Positions 21,329 through 30,832 of a stretch of 64,000 nucleotides of DNA are shown here, one piece after another (positions within the stretch are counted from its first letter, which is position 1; the number at the start of each line of letters is the position of its first letter). The notes beneath the pieces are model-generated. The model saw only the letters and a list, made by a program, of their open reading frames with translations, did no database searches and was not told the origin of the DNA. The DNA comes from Bacteroidota bacterium (GTDB lineage: Bacteria; Bacteroidota; Ignavibacteria; UBA10030; SZUA-254), in NCBI GenBank assembly GCA_020056225.1, contig JAGVIE010000017.1, forward strand, positions 251-64,250, in the 5' to 3' direction. Made by a program: the position numbers and the translations under genes.

Positions 21329-21365
21329 AAAGAAATTCCCCTATATTTATTTCACAATAACGAAC

Positions 21366-21453
21366 GGAAAGGTGCAAGAGCGGTTGAATTGGCACGCCTG
21401 GAAAGTGTGTGACCGTCTAAAGCGGTCCGTGGGTTCGAATCCCACCCTTTCCG
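21366..21453 (+). tRNA. tRNA-Ser(GGA)
   Basis: GGAAAGG acceptor, anticodon arm CACGC-CTGGAAA-GTGTG, long variable arm, GTGGG-TTCGAAT-CCCAC; CCA not encoded. Confidence 0.95.
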
Positions 21454-21596
21454 CTGTTTAGTGTAATTATACTTTTATTTAATTGTACGTCAATACAGAA
21501 TCCGGTTTCTCCACAAATGCTCGCGCGCCGGATACAATGAAACCGAAAATATTTTTATATACCTAACTACTGAGATCGAATAAAGCTATTATTTAT

Positions 21597-22910
21597 ATGC
21601 TCTTCTTCTCAAAACACATTCAGAAATATTTTCACCTCCCGGTTATTCTTTTTCTTTTTATCGCGCCATCCAATATCATCGCACAGAGTAACAACGTTTA
21701 CGTAATCTCGATAGATGGTGCCATAAATCCTGCTTCATCGGATTTCATTCATGAAAGCATTCAAAAAGCCGAGGAAGCAAACGCACAATGTCTTGTCGTT
21801 TTACTTAATACTCCTGGCGGATTATTGAAATCAACTCGAGTAATCGTATCGGAATTTTTGAATTCTCCCATACCGATCGTTGTATATATCTCACCCGCCG
21901 GCTCGCAAGCGGCATCGGCAGGAGTTTTTATAACACTTGCGGCTCATATAGCAGTGATGTCACCCGGAACAAATATCGGCGCCGCTCATCCGATTACAAT
22001 CGGCGAACAAAAAGATTCTATCATGCTGGAAAAAGCTACAAATGACGCCGCCGCTTTTATTCGTACAATAAGCGAGAAGCGTCATCGTAACATCCGGTGG
22101 GCTGAAGATGCAGTCCGCAAAAGTATATCCATCACAGAAACGGAAGCGCTCAAGGAAAACGTTATCGATACAATCGCGTTAAATTTAAAATCTTTGCTTG
22201 CAATAATAGACAATCGAGAAATTGAAACAGCTTCAGGGAGACGAATTCTTCATACAAAAGATGCGAGTATCACAAACATCGAAAAAACCTTTCAGCAAAA
22301 GATACTTGATATCCTCAGTGATCCGAATATAGCGTATATCCTAATGATGCTTGGCATTTACGGATTATTGTTCGAACTATACAATCCAGGATCTATTCTT
22401 CCCGGTATTGTCGGATTTATCTGTCTCGTATTAGCATTTTATTCAATGCATACCCTCCCGATTAACTATGCCGGCTTGGCTTTAATTCTATTTGCAATTG
22501 TTCTCTTTCTTTTGGAAATTACAATCGTAAGCCATGGACTTTTAACCATAGGCGGTGTTATTTCTTTAGCATTAGGGTCGATTATGCTTATACAAACTGA
22601 TTCGATGTTAGAGTTTGTTTCAATATCATGGGAAGTTATCGCAATAACTATATTGATAACTGTTGCATTCTTCGCATTTGCTATTGGTATGGGAATTAAA
22701 GCGCAAAAACGCAAGCCGACAACAGGTGTGCAAGGAATCATCGGTGAAATCGGTGAGGTTAGTCAAGACCTCCGCCCAGAGGGAACAGTAAAAGTACATG
22801 GAGAAATCTGGAATGCGACAAGTCTTGATGGAAACCTAAAGAAAGGCGTAAAAGTTAAAGTTGAATCGATTGTTAATCTTAAATTAAAAGTCAGAAAATC
22901 AGAATCATAA
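21597..22910 (+). CDS. nfeD: NfeD-family membrane-bound ClpP-class serine protease (long form)
   Basis: LNTPGG, AASAG, PGTNIGAAHP, membrane domain, C-terminal OB fold (G.V.VHGEIWNA); stomatin gene downstream. Confidence 0.92.
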   Translation: MLFFSKHIQKYFHLPVILFLFIAPSNIIAQSNNVYVISIDGAINPASSDFIHESIQKAEEANAQCLVVLLNTPGGLLKSTRVIVSEFLNSPIPIVVYISPAGSQAASAGVFITLAAHIAVMSPGTNIGAAHPITIGEQKDSIMLEKATNDAAAFIRTISEKRHRNIRWAEDAVRKSISITETEALKENVIDTIALNLKSLLAIIDNREIETASGRRILHTKDASITNIEKTFQQKILDILSDPNIAYILMMLGIYGLLFELYNPGSILPGIVGFICLVLAFYSMHTLPINYAGLALILFAIVLFLLEITIVSHGLLTIGGVISLALGSIMLIQTDSMLEFVSISWEVIAITILITVAFFAFAIGMGIKAQKRKPTTGVQGIIGEIGEVSQDLRPEGTVKVHGEIWNATSLDGNLKKGVKVKVESIVNLKLKVRKSES

Positions 22911-22928
22911 ACCAATTTGGAGGAATCC

Positions 22929-23690
22929 ATGGAAGCTGTATCGATATTTTTTACAATGATAATAATATTTGGCATCATCATTCTCTCAAACGCCATCCGA
23001 GTTTTGCGTGAATATGAACGCGGAGTCATATTTCGATTAGGCAGACTTATTGCTACTAAAGGTCCGGGTATCATCTTTCTGATCCCGCTTGTCGATCGTA
23101 TGGTGAAAGTAAGTTTGCGGACTGTTGTTTTAGATGTTCCACCCCAAGACGTTATTACTAAAGATAACGTCTCGATAAAGGTCAATGCAGTATTATATTT
23201 TCGTGTTGTGCAACCGGAAAAAGCCATAGTGGAAGTCGAGAACTTCCTGTTTGCTACCTCTCAGCTATCACAAACGACTCTCAGGAGCATTTTAGGACAA
23301 TCAGAACTTGATGAGCTTCTCGCACAGCGTGATAAAATCAATCGTATGCTTCAGCAAATAATCGATGAACACACCGAACCATGGGGCATCAAAGTATCTA
23401 ATGTTGAAGTGAAGCAAATCGATCTTCCGATCGAAATGCAGCGCGCAATGGCAAAGCAGGCAGAAGCTGAGCGTGAACGCAGGGCAAAAGTTGTTCATGC
23501 TGAAGGCGAATTTCAAGCAAGTCAGAAACTTTCAGACGCTGCGAGAATCATCAGTGAAACGCCGATTGCATTACAATTAAGATATTTGCAGACTCTCACT
23601 GAAATCGGCGCTGATAAAAATTCTACGATCATATTCCCCTTGCCTATGGACATTATTGAGCCGTTCCTAGAGCGTGCAAGAAAAAAGTGA
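22929..23690 (+). CDS. Stomatin/slipin (SPFH) protein
   Basis: [49 protein letters not shown] at 22929 preceded by GGAGG. Confidence 0.93.
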   Translation: MEAVSIFFTMIIIFGIIILSNAIRVLREYERGVIFRLGRLIATKGPGIIFLIPLVDRMVKVSLRTVVLDVPPQDVITKDNVSIKVNAVLYFRVVQPEKAIVEVENFLFATSQLSQTTLRSILGQSELDELLAQRDKINRMLQQIIDEHTEPWGIKVSNVEVKQIDLPIEMQRAMAKQAEAERERRAKVVHAEGEFQASQKLSDAARIISETPIALQLRYLQTLTEIGADKNSTIIFPLPMDIIEPFLERARKK

Positions 23691-23699
23691 TATTACAAT

Positions 23700-26075
23700 G
23701 TGATGAACCAACTAATATACGGTGCTAATCAAGAAGAAAAGATTGTAGCCGTACATCCAGCGAGCGAACGCACGGTAAAAATGTTCATCAGAAATCCAGA
23801 GGGAATTATCTCTAATGAAATAGAGTTTTTCCCTTTTTTCTTTCTATCGAATCAAAAGTACCTAAGCGATTACCCAAAGAAGCATTGGATTAAGGAACTT
23901 ACAGGAGAGAACTACTACCGTTATCTATGCGTATTTAACGGTTGGTTGGATATGTGGGATGCAATCCGCCATTGTTTGGAGCGTTATAATGAAAACGCGC
24001 CGCAGAAAATAGATTCATATACCGAGATGCCGGTTCTTCGTGTCCGCACCGACCCGGTTGCCCAGTTCTTGAAGCAAAGCGGCCGTACACTTTTCAAAGG
24101 AATGAAGTTCGATGACCTGCACCGAATTCAGCTTAGCATTAAAACCTATGTAAAGCACGGTTTCAAAATCAGCAATCCAAACCGCGAGGAAGATCGCATT
24201 GTTGCAATTGCATTGTCCGATAATCATGGATGGGAATATCAGATTACTGGAAAGAGAAAATCAGAGAAAGAAATGCTTCTCGATCTGATTAAAGTATTGC
24301 AGGAAAAAGATGCGGACGTTATTGAAGGACATAATAGCATCGATAAACATATTCACTATTTGATGACAAGATGTGAAATCCACGGCTTGGAATTCAATAT
24401 TGGCAGAGACGGATCAATTCCCCACCACTCTGAAGCGCGTTCTTTGTACGGAGAACGAACGGCAAACTACATTCCATATGAGATCGTTGGCAGACACGTA
24501 ATCGATACTGCCACATTATTGCAATCGTACGATTCAACGAAACACGAATTAGACAATTATAATCTAGAACATGCGGCACAACATTTCGGTATTTCAAAAG
24601 TAGATCGTTTATATATATCACCGGATCGTGTAAGCTGGTACAGTGACAACGAACCCGATAATCTTGTCCAATCCAGTATCGATGATGTGCGCGAGATACG
24701 TTTACTCAGTGATTACCTGTCACCGGATTATTTCCACCAAACTCAAATGTTGCCGTTTAATTATGCGACAGTAACACGTTTGAATTCTAACAATAAAATC
24801 GAATCTCTATTACTCCGAGAATATATCCGGCAGAAGCATTCTATTCCCCGCCCGGAAATCGGTTCTCAACCTCAGATTGGGGGTTCAGAAATATTTTACA
24901 GAGGTCTACTTGGACCGATTATCGATCTCGATATAGAATCAATCTACCCATCAATCATATTAGCACATAATATTGTACCGAAGAATGACACACTCGGTGC
25001 ATTCCCGAAAATATTGAACGGCTTAACGGATCATCTCAGTGATCTTAAAAGACAAGTTAAAATAGCAGACAACTCGTATTCTAATGTCACAAGTGAAGCA
25101 ACTGAAATAGGGCTTAAGGTCTTGATAAATTCATTCTATGCATATATTGGGAACAGCCGTGCACTTTTTAACGATTATAAAGCCGCACGGACTATTGGAG
25201 AGGCAAGGCAAGATATGCTTCGTCAACTTATGTCTGCAATAACCTCTTTGAATGGCAAAGTGATCGAGATTGATTCCAACAGTATATGTTTTGTCCCTCC
25301 TGTAGCTGTCAATACTGAAACAAAGGAAAAGGAATTGTTAAAGAATATTGCCAGATGCCTTCCTTCGGGAATAACTTTGCAGATGAATGATAGATATAAA
25401 AGAATGCTGAGTTATAAAAAGAATAACTACGTACTTTTAGGATATGACGGTAAGGTAACAATAAAAGGGTCATCCCTTATACCGAGAAATATCGAGAGAT
25501 TCGGCCGCGAATTCATTACTCAGTGCATCTCAGCCATAATGAATCTAAATTTTACCTCTGTCCACGATTATTACATCGACTGCAATAAAGCAATTGTCGA
25601 GCGCAAACTGAGCATCCAGGATTTTGCCCGCATAGAAATTCTCCGAGATACCTATGATGAGTACACACAATCCGTTAATCGGGGTGACCGGTACCGCTCG
25701 GCAAGCTATGAAGTAGCAATCAACTCGGGAATGAATTGGAAACAAGGAGATAAAATATCGTATTACATTACGGGTGATGATACAAGCATCAAAGGATTTG
25801 ATCAGTATAAAGCCGCTATTGACTGGGATAAGAATTTCAGGGATGAGAATGTCGGTTATTACCTAAAACGATTAGAAGAATTGGCTAAAAGATTTGCATC
25901 ACTATTTTCTGAAAAAGATTATCATGCGTTGTTTTCTGTTGATGACCTTTTCGGATTTTCACCTGAAGGTATACAAATCCAGACAACACAGATAAAAGAG
26001 GAACCAAAAGATCTCGACGAAGAAACTGAACAAATACAAGTCGAGCCAAGAATCTGGCTTGATGAAGAGATTTAA
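23700..26075 (+). CDS. Family-B DNA polymerase homolog with degenerate catalytic motifs
   Basis: Motif A DIESIYPSII and motif B KVLINSFY present; motif C reads IDSNS; Exo I reads QLSIKT; KKNNY and IKGS also present. Confidence 0.85.
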   Translation: MMNQLIYGANQEEKIVAVHPASERTVKMFIRNPEGIISNEIEFFPFFFLSNQKYLSDYPKKHWIKELTGENYYRYLCVFNGWLDMWDAIRHCLERYNENAPQKIDSYTEMPVLRVRTDPVAQFLKQSGRTLFKGMKFDDLHRIQLSIKTYVKHGFKISNPNREEDRIVAIALSDNHGWEYQITGKRKSEKEMLLDLIKVLQEKDADVIEGHNSIDKHIHYLMTRCEIHGLEFNIGRDGSIPHHSEARSLYGERTANYIPYEIVGRHVIDTATLLQSYDSTKHELDNYNLEHAAQHFGISKVDRLYISPDRVSWYSDNEPDNLVQSSIDDVREIRLLSDYLSPDYFHQTQMLPFNYATVTRLNSNNKIESLLLREYIRQKHSIPRPEIGSQPQIGGSEIFYRGLLGPIIDLDIESIYPSIILAHNIVPKNDTLGAFPKILNGLTDHLSDLKRQVKIADNSYSNVTSEATEIGLKVLINSFYAYIGNSRALFNDYKAARTIGEARQDMLRQLMSAITSLNGKVIEIDSNSICFVPPVAVNTETKEKELLKNIARCLPSGITLQMNDRYKRMLSYKKNNYVLLGYDGKVTIKGSSLIPRNIERFGREFITQCISAIMNLNFTSVHDYYIDCNKAIVERKLSIQDFARIEILRDTYDEYTQSVNRGDRYRSASYEVAINSGMNWKQGDKISYYITGDDTSIKGFDQYKAAIDWDKNFRDENVGYYLKRLEELAKRFASLFSEKDYHALFSVDDLFGFSPEGIQIQTTQIKEEPKDLDEETEQIQVEPRIWLDEEI

Positions 26076-26085
26076 GTTCGAAATC

Positions 26086-26493
26086 TTAATACTGAATATT
26101 TACTGTAACCCAATTTTTTACGTAAGCAACTATGTCTATTGTCGATGCGCCAGGTGTGAATAATTCTCCGACCCCCTTTTTCTTTAACACTTGGATATCT
26201 TGATCCGGTATTATTCCTCCTCCGAAGAGTAAGACATCTTTAAGCCCTTTATCTCTCATTAGATCGAGTATACGGGGGAATATCGTCATGTGCGCGCCGC
26301 TTAATATGCTGACACCTATTGCATTAACATCCTCTTGAAGAGCCGCTTCAACTACCATCTCTGGCGTCTTCCGGAGACCTGTGTAAATTACTTCCATACC
26401 GGAATCCCTAAGGGCGGCAGCAATGACTTTTGCGCCACGATCATGACCGTCGAGCCCGACTTTTGCAACTAATACTCTTATTTTTCTGTCCAT
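26086..26493 (-). CDS. Cobalamin-binding domain protein (methylmalonyl-CoA mutase C-terminal subunit)
   Basis: [26 protein letters not shown]. Confidence 0.93.
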   Translation of the reverse strand: MDRKIRVLVAKVGLDGHDRGAKVIAAALRDSGMEVIYTGLRKTPEMVVEAALQEDVNAIGVSILSGAHMTIFPRILDLMRDKGLKDVLLFGGGIIPDQDIQVLKKKGVGELFTPGASTIDIVAYVKNWVTVNIQY

Positions 26494-26502
26494 AGCAGCT
26501 CC

Positions 26503-27096
26503 TTACAAAATTCCTAATGATTCTTGAAATTGTTGCATAGCAAGATAAAACTTTGCCAATGGAAATCCAACTACATTATAAAAACATCCGTCGATTTTTT
26601 CAACGAAGACTGCCCCGTAATCATCTTGTATTCCATAAGCGCCAGCTTTATCCATGGGTGATCCCGATCGGACGTATTCTTCAATTTCGTCGTTAGTCAA
26701 TAGTCTAAACGTTACATCTGTTACCGCATGATCTGTCAACGCCAAGTTCGAAGGTCTATCCAGTATAGTAAATCCGGTAAATACCCTGTGCGTTCTTCCG
26801 CTTAGTGTACGAAGCATGTTAATGGCATCTTTTTCGTCGGCTGGTTTTCCCAATATATTTCCATCAAGTTCAACAATCGTATCGGCTCCGATAACAAAAC
26901 CATTCTCAATATTTTTCCCGACTTCAACAGCTTTCCGATGAGATAGTATCTTTACATGATCGAGCGGCGCCTGGATGTGCTCGAAATCCTCATCGACTCC
27001 ACTTTCCTGAACGATAAATTCCAACCCGATTTGCCGCAACAAAATTTGTCTGCGTGGGGAACGAGACGCGAGGATTATCTTTTTCTTAACTAACAT
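26503..27096 (-). CDS. maf: Maf/YhdE-family nucleoside triphosphate pyrophosphatase
   Basis: ILASRSPRR, IGADTIV, ILGKP, DKAGAYGIQ, NVVGFP. Confidence 0.94.
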   Translation of the reverse strand: MLVKKKIILASRSPRRQILLRQIGLEFIVQESGVDEDFEHIQAPLDHVKILSHRKAVEVGKNIENGFVIGADTIVELDGNILGKPADEKDAINMLRTLSGRTHRVFTGFTILDRPSNLALTDHAVTDVTFRLLTNDEIEEYVRSGSPMDKAGAYGIQDDYGAVFVEKIDGCFYNVVGFPLAKFYLAMQQFQESLGIL

Positions 27097-27116
27097 TTAT
27101 TAATAATTGATTGAAT

Positions 27117-27146
27117 AAAAAAAGAGCGATTGAAATTTTCGCTCTT
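27117..27146 (-). terminator. Intrinsic terminator
   Basis: Minus strand AAGAGCGA-loop-TCGCTCTT followed by a T run. Confidence 0.7.
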
Positions 27147-27176
27147 CAGATGAAATAAAACTCATGAAATAGATAT

Positions 27177-27596
27177 TTACCGAAACATCGCCTTGATGCT
27201 TCCCCATGTACGACGTACGCCGGATACATTATGATAAACTGTAATAGGTGCTTCGTTCAATGCCGGGAAGTAGCTTTCGCTGTCAGCAAATTTTACTTTT
27301 ATCCGGTAATAATATACAGTCGTCGTTCTTCTGAATGCCCATGTATCTACAAACTCATAACCTGAGGGACCTTTAGGAGTAATCAAATCAGAAATGGCAA
27401 CAAATCCACCTGAGTAACTCGTGCTTCGTAGAACTTCAAAACCGACAACATTCGCCTCGTTCTCAGTTACCCACGTGATGGTAACATTATTACCATCGCT
27501 CGATGCCTGTATCAATCCGGATTTAATGACATCGGCGAGAAGAATTCCCGATAAAAATAGAACAAAAAATATGTAAAGTAATGTCCTCTTAGCCAT
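27177..27596 (-). CDS. Small secreted FN3/Ig-like protein ending in TWGSIKAMFR
   Basis: Signal peptide; V.I.W.TENE.N..GFEV.RS...Y.F.D...YYYRIK; own promoter TTGACT-17-TATCTT (27609-27637) and terminator. Confidence 0.8.
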   Translation of the reverse strand: MAKRTLLYIFFVLFLSGILLADVIKSGLIQASSDGNNVTITWVTENEANVVGFEVLRSTSYSGGFVAISDLITPKGPSGYEFVDTWAFRRTTTVYYYRIKVKFADSESYFPALNEAPITVYHNVSGVRRTWGSIKAMFR

Positions 27597-27657
27597 AATT
27601 ACTAATTGAAGATATGAAGGAAGAAGGAGAAAGTCAAGTGTTTTTTGATATTTTCAG

Positions 27658-27741
27658 TGCGCGAGGCGAGACTTGAACTCGCATGCCCTTCCGGGCGCCA
27701 CCCCCTCAAGATGGTGTGTCTGCCAGTTCCACCACTCGCGC
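27658..27741 (-). tRNA. tRNA-Leu(GAG)
   Basis: GCGCGAG acceptor, anticodon arm CCATC-TTGAGGG-GGTGG, variable arm, GCGAG-TTCAAGT-CTCGC. Confidence 0.95.
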
Positions 27742-27810
27742 AAATTATATCAAAATTCAAAAGGATAAAGTAGAAAAAAGCTTGATATTCAAATTGATAC
27801 GGCGTTTTTG

Positions 27811-27883
27811 TGAACCCGGTTGGATTCGAACCAACGGCCCTCGCCTTAAAAGGGCGATGCTCTACCAGCTGAGCTACGGGTTC
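27811..27883 (-). tRNA. tRNA-Lys(TTT)
   Basis: GAACCCG acceptor, TCGCC-CTTTTAA-GGCGA, GTTGG-TTCGAAT-CCAAC; upstream TTGCTA-17-TATATT (27923-27951). Confidence 0.95.
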
Positions 27884-28109
27884 CTCACCAAATAATAGCA
27901 TTAAGCTTTATTTCAGCTTAAAAATATAAGAAAAATATTCGGGAGTAGCAAGAGGATTGTCATCTATTCTATCAATTTATGATGAAACGCCATTAGATTA
28001 ACGCTAACAGTATGCTCGTGGAGATGAAAATCGATGTTATATTTAAGCTCATGTCAATATGCGAATCATTTCCACTGTCGAATCAATCCTGAAAGTGAGT
28101 CGTAAATCG

Positions 28110-28829
28110 TTATCCTGCCGGTTCAATGCATGCCGATGTATCATCACGACTATTGTTTACCGCATACGAAACAATATACGCATCCATCTCATTCTCAGGA
28201 TAGGGATCTAACAAATCGTAGAGTGTTTCGAAATCTTTGACACCAGTTTCAAGCCAGAGCTTTAAATCGTTATCATTTAATATCACCGGCATCCTATTAT
28301 GAATTGGTTTCATTAATTCGTTCGGACTTGTGGTGATGATCCCCGCAGTTACAATCTTTTTCTCCTCTACTTCAATCGAACGCCATAAACCGGCAAGCGC
28401 AAATGGTTGTTTATTTTTCATTGTGATGCGATAAGGTATTTTCTTTACACCTTTTGGTAATTTCTCGCCCCTAACAAGACTCTCGTAACCCTTGGGTTTC
28501 TTCCACTCATAAAATCCATCAGCGACAAAGATACAGCGATTAGTTAATAATCGTTCCCGGAAGAATTTATTTCTCTCGATTGTATCATCCCGAATGTTTG
28601 CCTGAGAAGTGTTTGAATCATTATCTTTCTCACCCCATGGTGTGATGAATCCCCAAAACATATTCGTAAGGTAGCGCTTACCATCTTTTGATACGATAAC
28701 CGGAACCGATTGCCCCGGCGCTGCATTATAACGGGGTTTGAACCCATCAAAACCAGGCGCTACTTCAGCTTTGAATCGTTCAAGTACAAGTTCTACTCTG
28801 TCCGTTGTTATAGTAAATCTGCCGCACAT
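28110..28829 (-). CDS. SOS response-associated peptidase (SRAP/YedK/HMCES family, abasic-site protection)
   Basis: MCGRF N-terminus, PRYNAAP, RC...ADGFYEW, IHNRMPVIL. Confidence 0.93.
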   Translation of the reverse strand: MCGRFTITTDRVELVLERFKAEVAPGFDGFKPRYNAAPGQSVPVIVSKDGKRYLTNMFWGFITPWGEKDNDSNTSQANIRDDTIERNKFFRERLLTNRCIFVADGFYEWKKPKGYESLVRGEKLPKGVKKIPYRITMKNKQPFALAGLWRSIEVEEKKIVTAGIITTSPNELMKPIHNRMPVILNDNDLKLWLETGVKDFETLYDLLDPYPENEMDAYIVSYAVNNSRDDTSACIEPAG

Positions 28830-28836
28830 TTATTTT

Positions 28837-28884
28837 ATGGAATAATGGATTAATGGAATGTTGGACCAATGCAGTGTTGGAGTC
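28837..28884. repeat. Degenerate tandem octamer array (6 units)
   Basis: ATGGAATA ATGGATTA ATGGAATG TTGGACCA ATGCAGTG TTGGAGTC fills the intergenic gap. Confidence 0.65.
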
Positions 28885-28886
28885 TA

Positions 28887-30827
28887 TCATATTAGAATAA
28901 CACTAACTTGTCCTGGGAACATTTTACCGATGAGGACATTATGTTCAATTGTGAATGCTTTTCCTGAGAGCAAATCTTCCAATACTTTCTTATTTGTATC
29001 TACCTTCAAAGCCAAATCTACTTTTTCAAGCATATTCGAATTTGCTATCACCAATAGCTGATGCTTCTCACTCTCCGATTTTCTTTTGAAAGCTATCGTA
29101 TCCTTTGAGTTCGTTTCAATCCACACAAACGACTCAATGGAAGAACCAATAATCAATGAATGATACTTTTTTCTAACGGCTGAAACATTTTGGATCCAAT
29201 CTATGATCTGGTTTTTGTTCTGCCAATCATACGCATACTCACTGAATAGTGGAAGCTTTTCGGACGGTAAATTAATCAGCTCCTCCTTCTTGAAATCAAG
29301 TCCGGTATTGATTGGATACTCCTCACCAAGCTCGAATCCGGAATGAATAAAAGGAACAGCAGGTATGAAATTACTCAACGCCCATGCGTACTTTGAATAC
29401 AAAACTCCACCCTCTCGTGCCGCCGCCCTCGGAGTGTTATGGCTTTCTGCTGTGGCAAAGAACGGAAGCGCAAATCCTTCCGTTGTGAAACGCTTAAGCA
29501 TATTTTTGAATTTCACCGGATGATGCTGATCGCTCCATTGATAACCGATGACAGCATTGTATCCTTCCGTAACGCTTTTCTCGGTTACTGAAAAATTCTC
29601 ATCCCAAAAAGCAAAGTCAGGATCAATACCACGTGCTCGTTTTATCATATCGTGTTTTAGATCCATCGGCAGTGCATGTCCCATATCTATCATGACGCCA
29701 TCAATTCCAAAAGTATGCTGGTAATGAGGTATAATCTCGGCAATCTTTTCCCAAAGTTCTCTGGTAATATTTTCAGGACGCGCAAGTCTGTCATCATACA
29801 TGCGGAGGGTATTATATGCGATGTAATTGAAATCCGGGTGATCGTATATTTTCAAATATGTCACGTCTCCCCATGGCGGCTGTGTATCATGGGGGGGCCA
29901 ATCGGCAAAGGCGCCAGGGATGCGAACTTTCGTACCATCATCCAGTGCACCGACATATCTTCCCTTCTGAATTTTAGTATTTTCTGGTTTCGGAGGTAAT
30001 GTAAACATATCGCGATAAATATTATGCGGAGGTATAAGATTATCATACTTTCCGTTATCAACATCCGCTATGATTTTTTTTAATTCACTCTGCGAGAAAA
30101 TCGGATTACCATACTCTGTCTCGTCGTGATGATGCGGTTTTCTGTCCTTGATGTTTTCACGAATCCAATAATACCAATCGGGATGTTCTTTCACCCAATC
30201 ACCGTCCTTAGATGAAGTACGAAATACGAATTCAACCACTACACGCATACCAAGATAATGCGCTGAGTGCACAAAGAATTTGAATTCTTCTTGAACTCCG
30301 AGTCCGGCGTTAGGTTCATGCAGATTCGGATCAAGCTCATAAGGATTTTTAATCGCATACGGCGATCCGAGCGTTCCTTTATTTCCATCCGAACCGATTG
30401 AGGTAATGGGAAGAAGGTGAATCGTATTAGCGCCTAAAGATTTTATATAAGGCAACATGGCAGTTGCTTTTAGGAAAGTACCTGTTTCTCTCCACCCTTC
30501 AGGATTAACGGGCAAATCCAACCTGCCGTTTTCGTTATGATCGTATGCGCAGGTTGTTCTGACAAACATATTGTAGATAATCGCATTGCGTGTCCACTTC
30601 CCACCGTGAATTTTTGGAATAGGGACATGCTTCTGATTTATGATATAATCAAATGCATTAAGATAAAAACTTGGCGGATTAATCTTTATGAGTTGAACTT
30701 TCGCATTATTCTGTTTCTCTGCAATCCAGATGTTGGGAACAGCATACCGGCTTCTTTTACCTTTGTGCTGTTGAAGGTTTTCCGTTAATTTCTGACGAAT
30801 CTCAATCAAATATTTTTTCATTTCCAT
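28887..30827 (-). CDS. Cytoplasmic GH13, maltodextrin glycosyltransferase (Thermotoga maltosyltransferase)-like
   Basis: ETGTFLK, SPYAIKNP, EF..RT, HPDWYYWI, WGDVTYL, GIDGVMIDMGHALP; start placed at ATG 30827 (AAGGA RBS) to avoid overlap with malG. Confidence 0.8.
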   Translation of the reverse strand: MEMKKYLIEIRQKLTENLQQHKGKRSRYAVPNIWIAEKQNNAKVQLIKINPPSFYLNAFDYIINQKHVPIPKIHGGKWTRNAIIYNMFVRTTCAYDHNENGRLDLPVNPEGWRETGTFLKATAMLPYIKSLGANTIHLLPITSIGSDGNKGTLGSPYAIKNPYELDPNLHEPNAGLGVQEEFKFFVHSAHYLGMRVVVEFVFRTSSKDGDWVKEHPDWYYWIRENIKDRKPHHHDETEYGNPIFSQSELKKIIADVDNGKYDNLIPPHNIYRDMFTLPPKPENTKIQKGRYVGALDDGTKVRIPGAFADWPPHDTQPPWGDVTYLKIYDHPDFNYIAYNTLRMYDDRLARPENITRELWEKIAEIIPHYQHTFGIDGVMIDMGHALPMDLKHDMIKRARGIDPDFAFWDENFSVTEKSVTEGYNAVIGYQWSDQHHPVKFKNMLKRFTTEGFALPFFATAESHNTPRAAAREGGVLYSKYAWALSNFIPAVPFIHSGFELGEEYPINTGLDFKKEELINLPSEKLPLFSEYAYDWQNKNQIIDWIQNVSAVRKKYHSLIIGSSIESFVWIETNSKDTIAFKRKSESEKHQLLVIANSNMLEKVDLALKVDTNKKVLEDLLSGKAFTIEHNVLIGKMFPGQVSVILI

Positions 30828-30832
30828 TTTCT

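Noticed and set aside
22763..23227. 154-aa antisense ORF across nfeD/stomatin
   Set aside because: Shadow of well-supported plus-strand genes; no recognisable motifs.
27602..27901. 99-aa minus ORF and 70-aa plus ORF (27683..27895)
   Set aside because: Both lie over tRNA-Lys and tRNA-Leu and are translations of tRNA sequence.
23700..28829. PolB + SRAP + tRNAs as a prophage, pipolin or SOS mutagenesis cassette
   Set aside because: No integrase, att repeats, phage genes or imuA/imuB/lexA were seen, and housekeeping genes (maf, B12-binding domain) lie in between.
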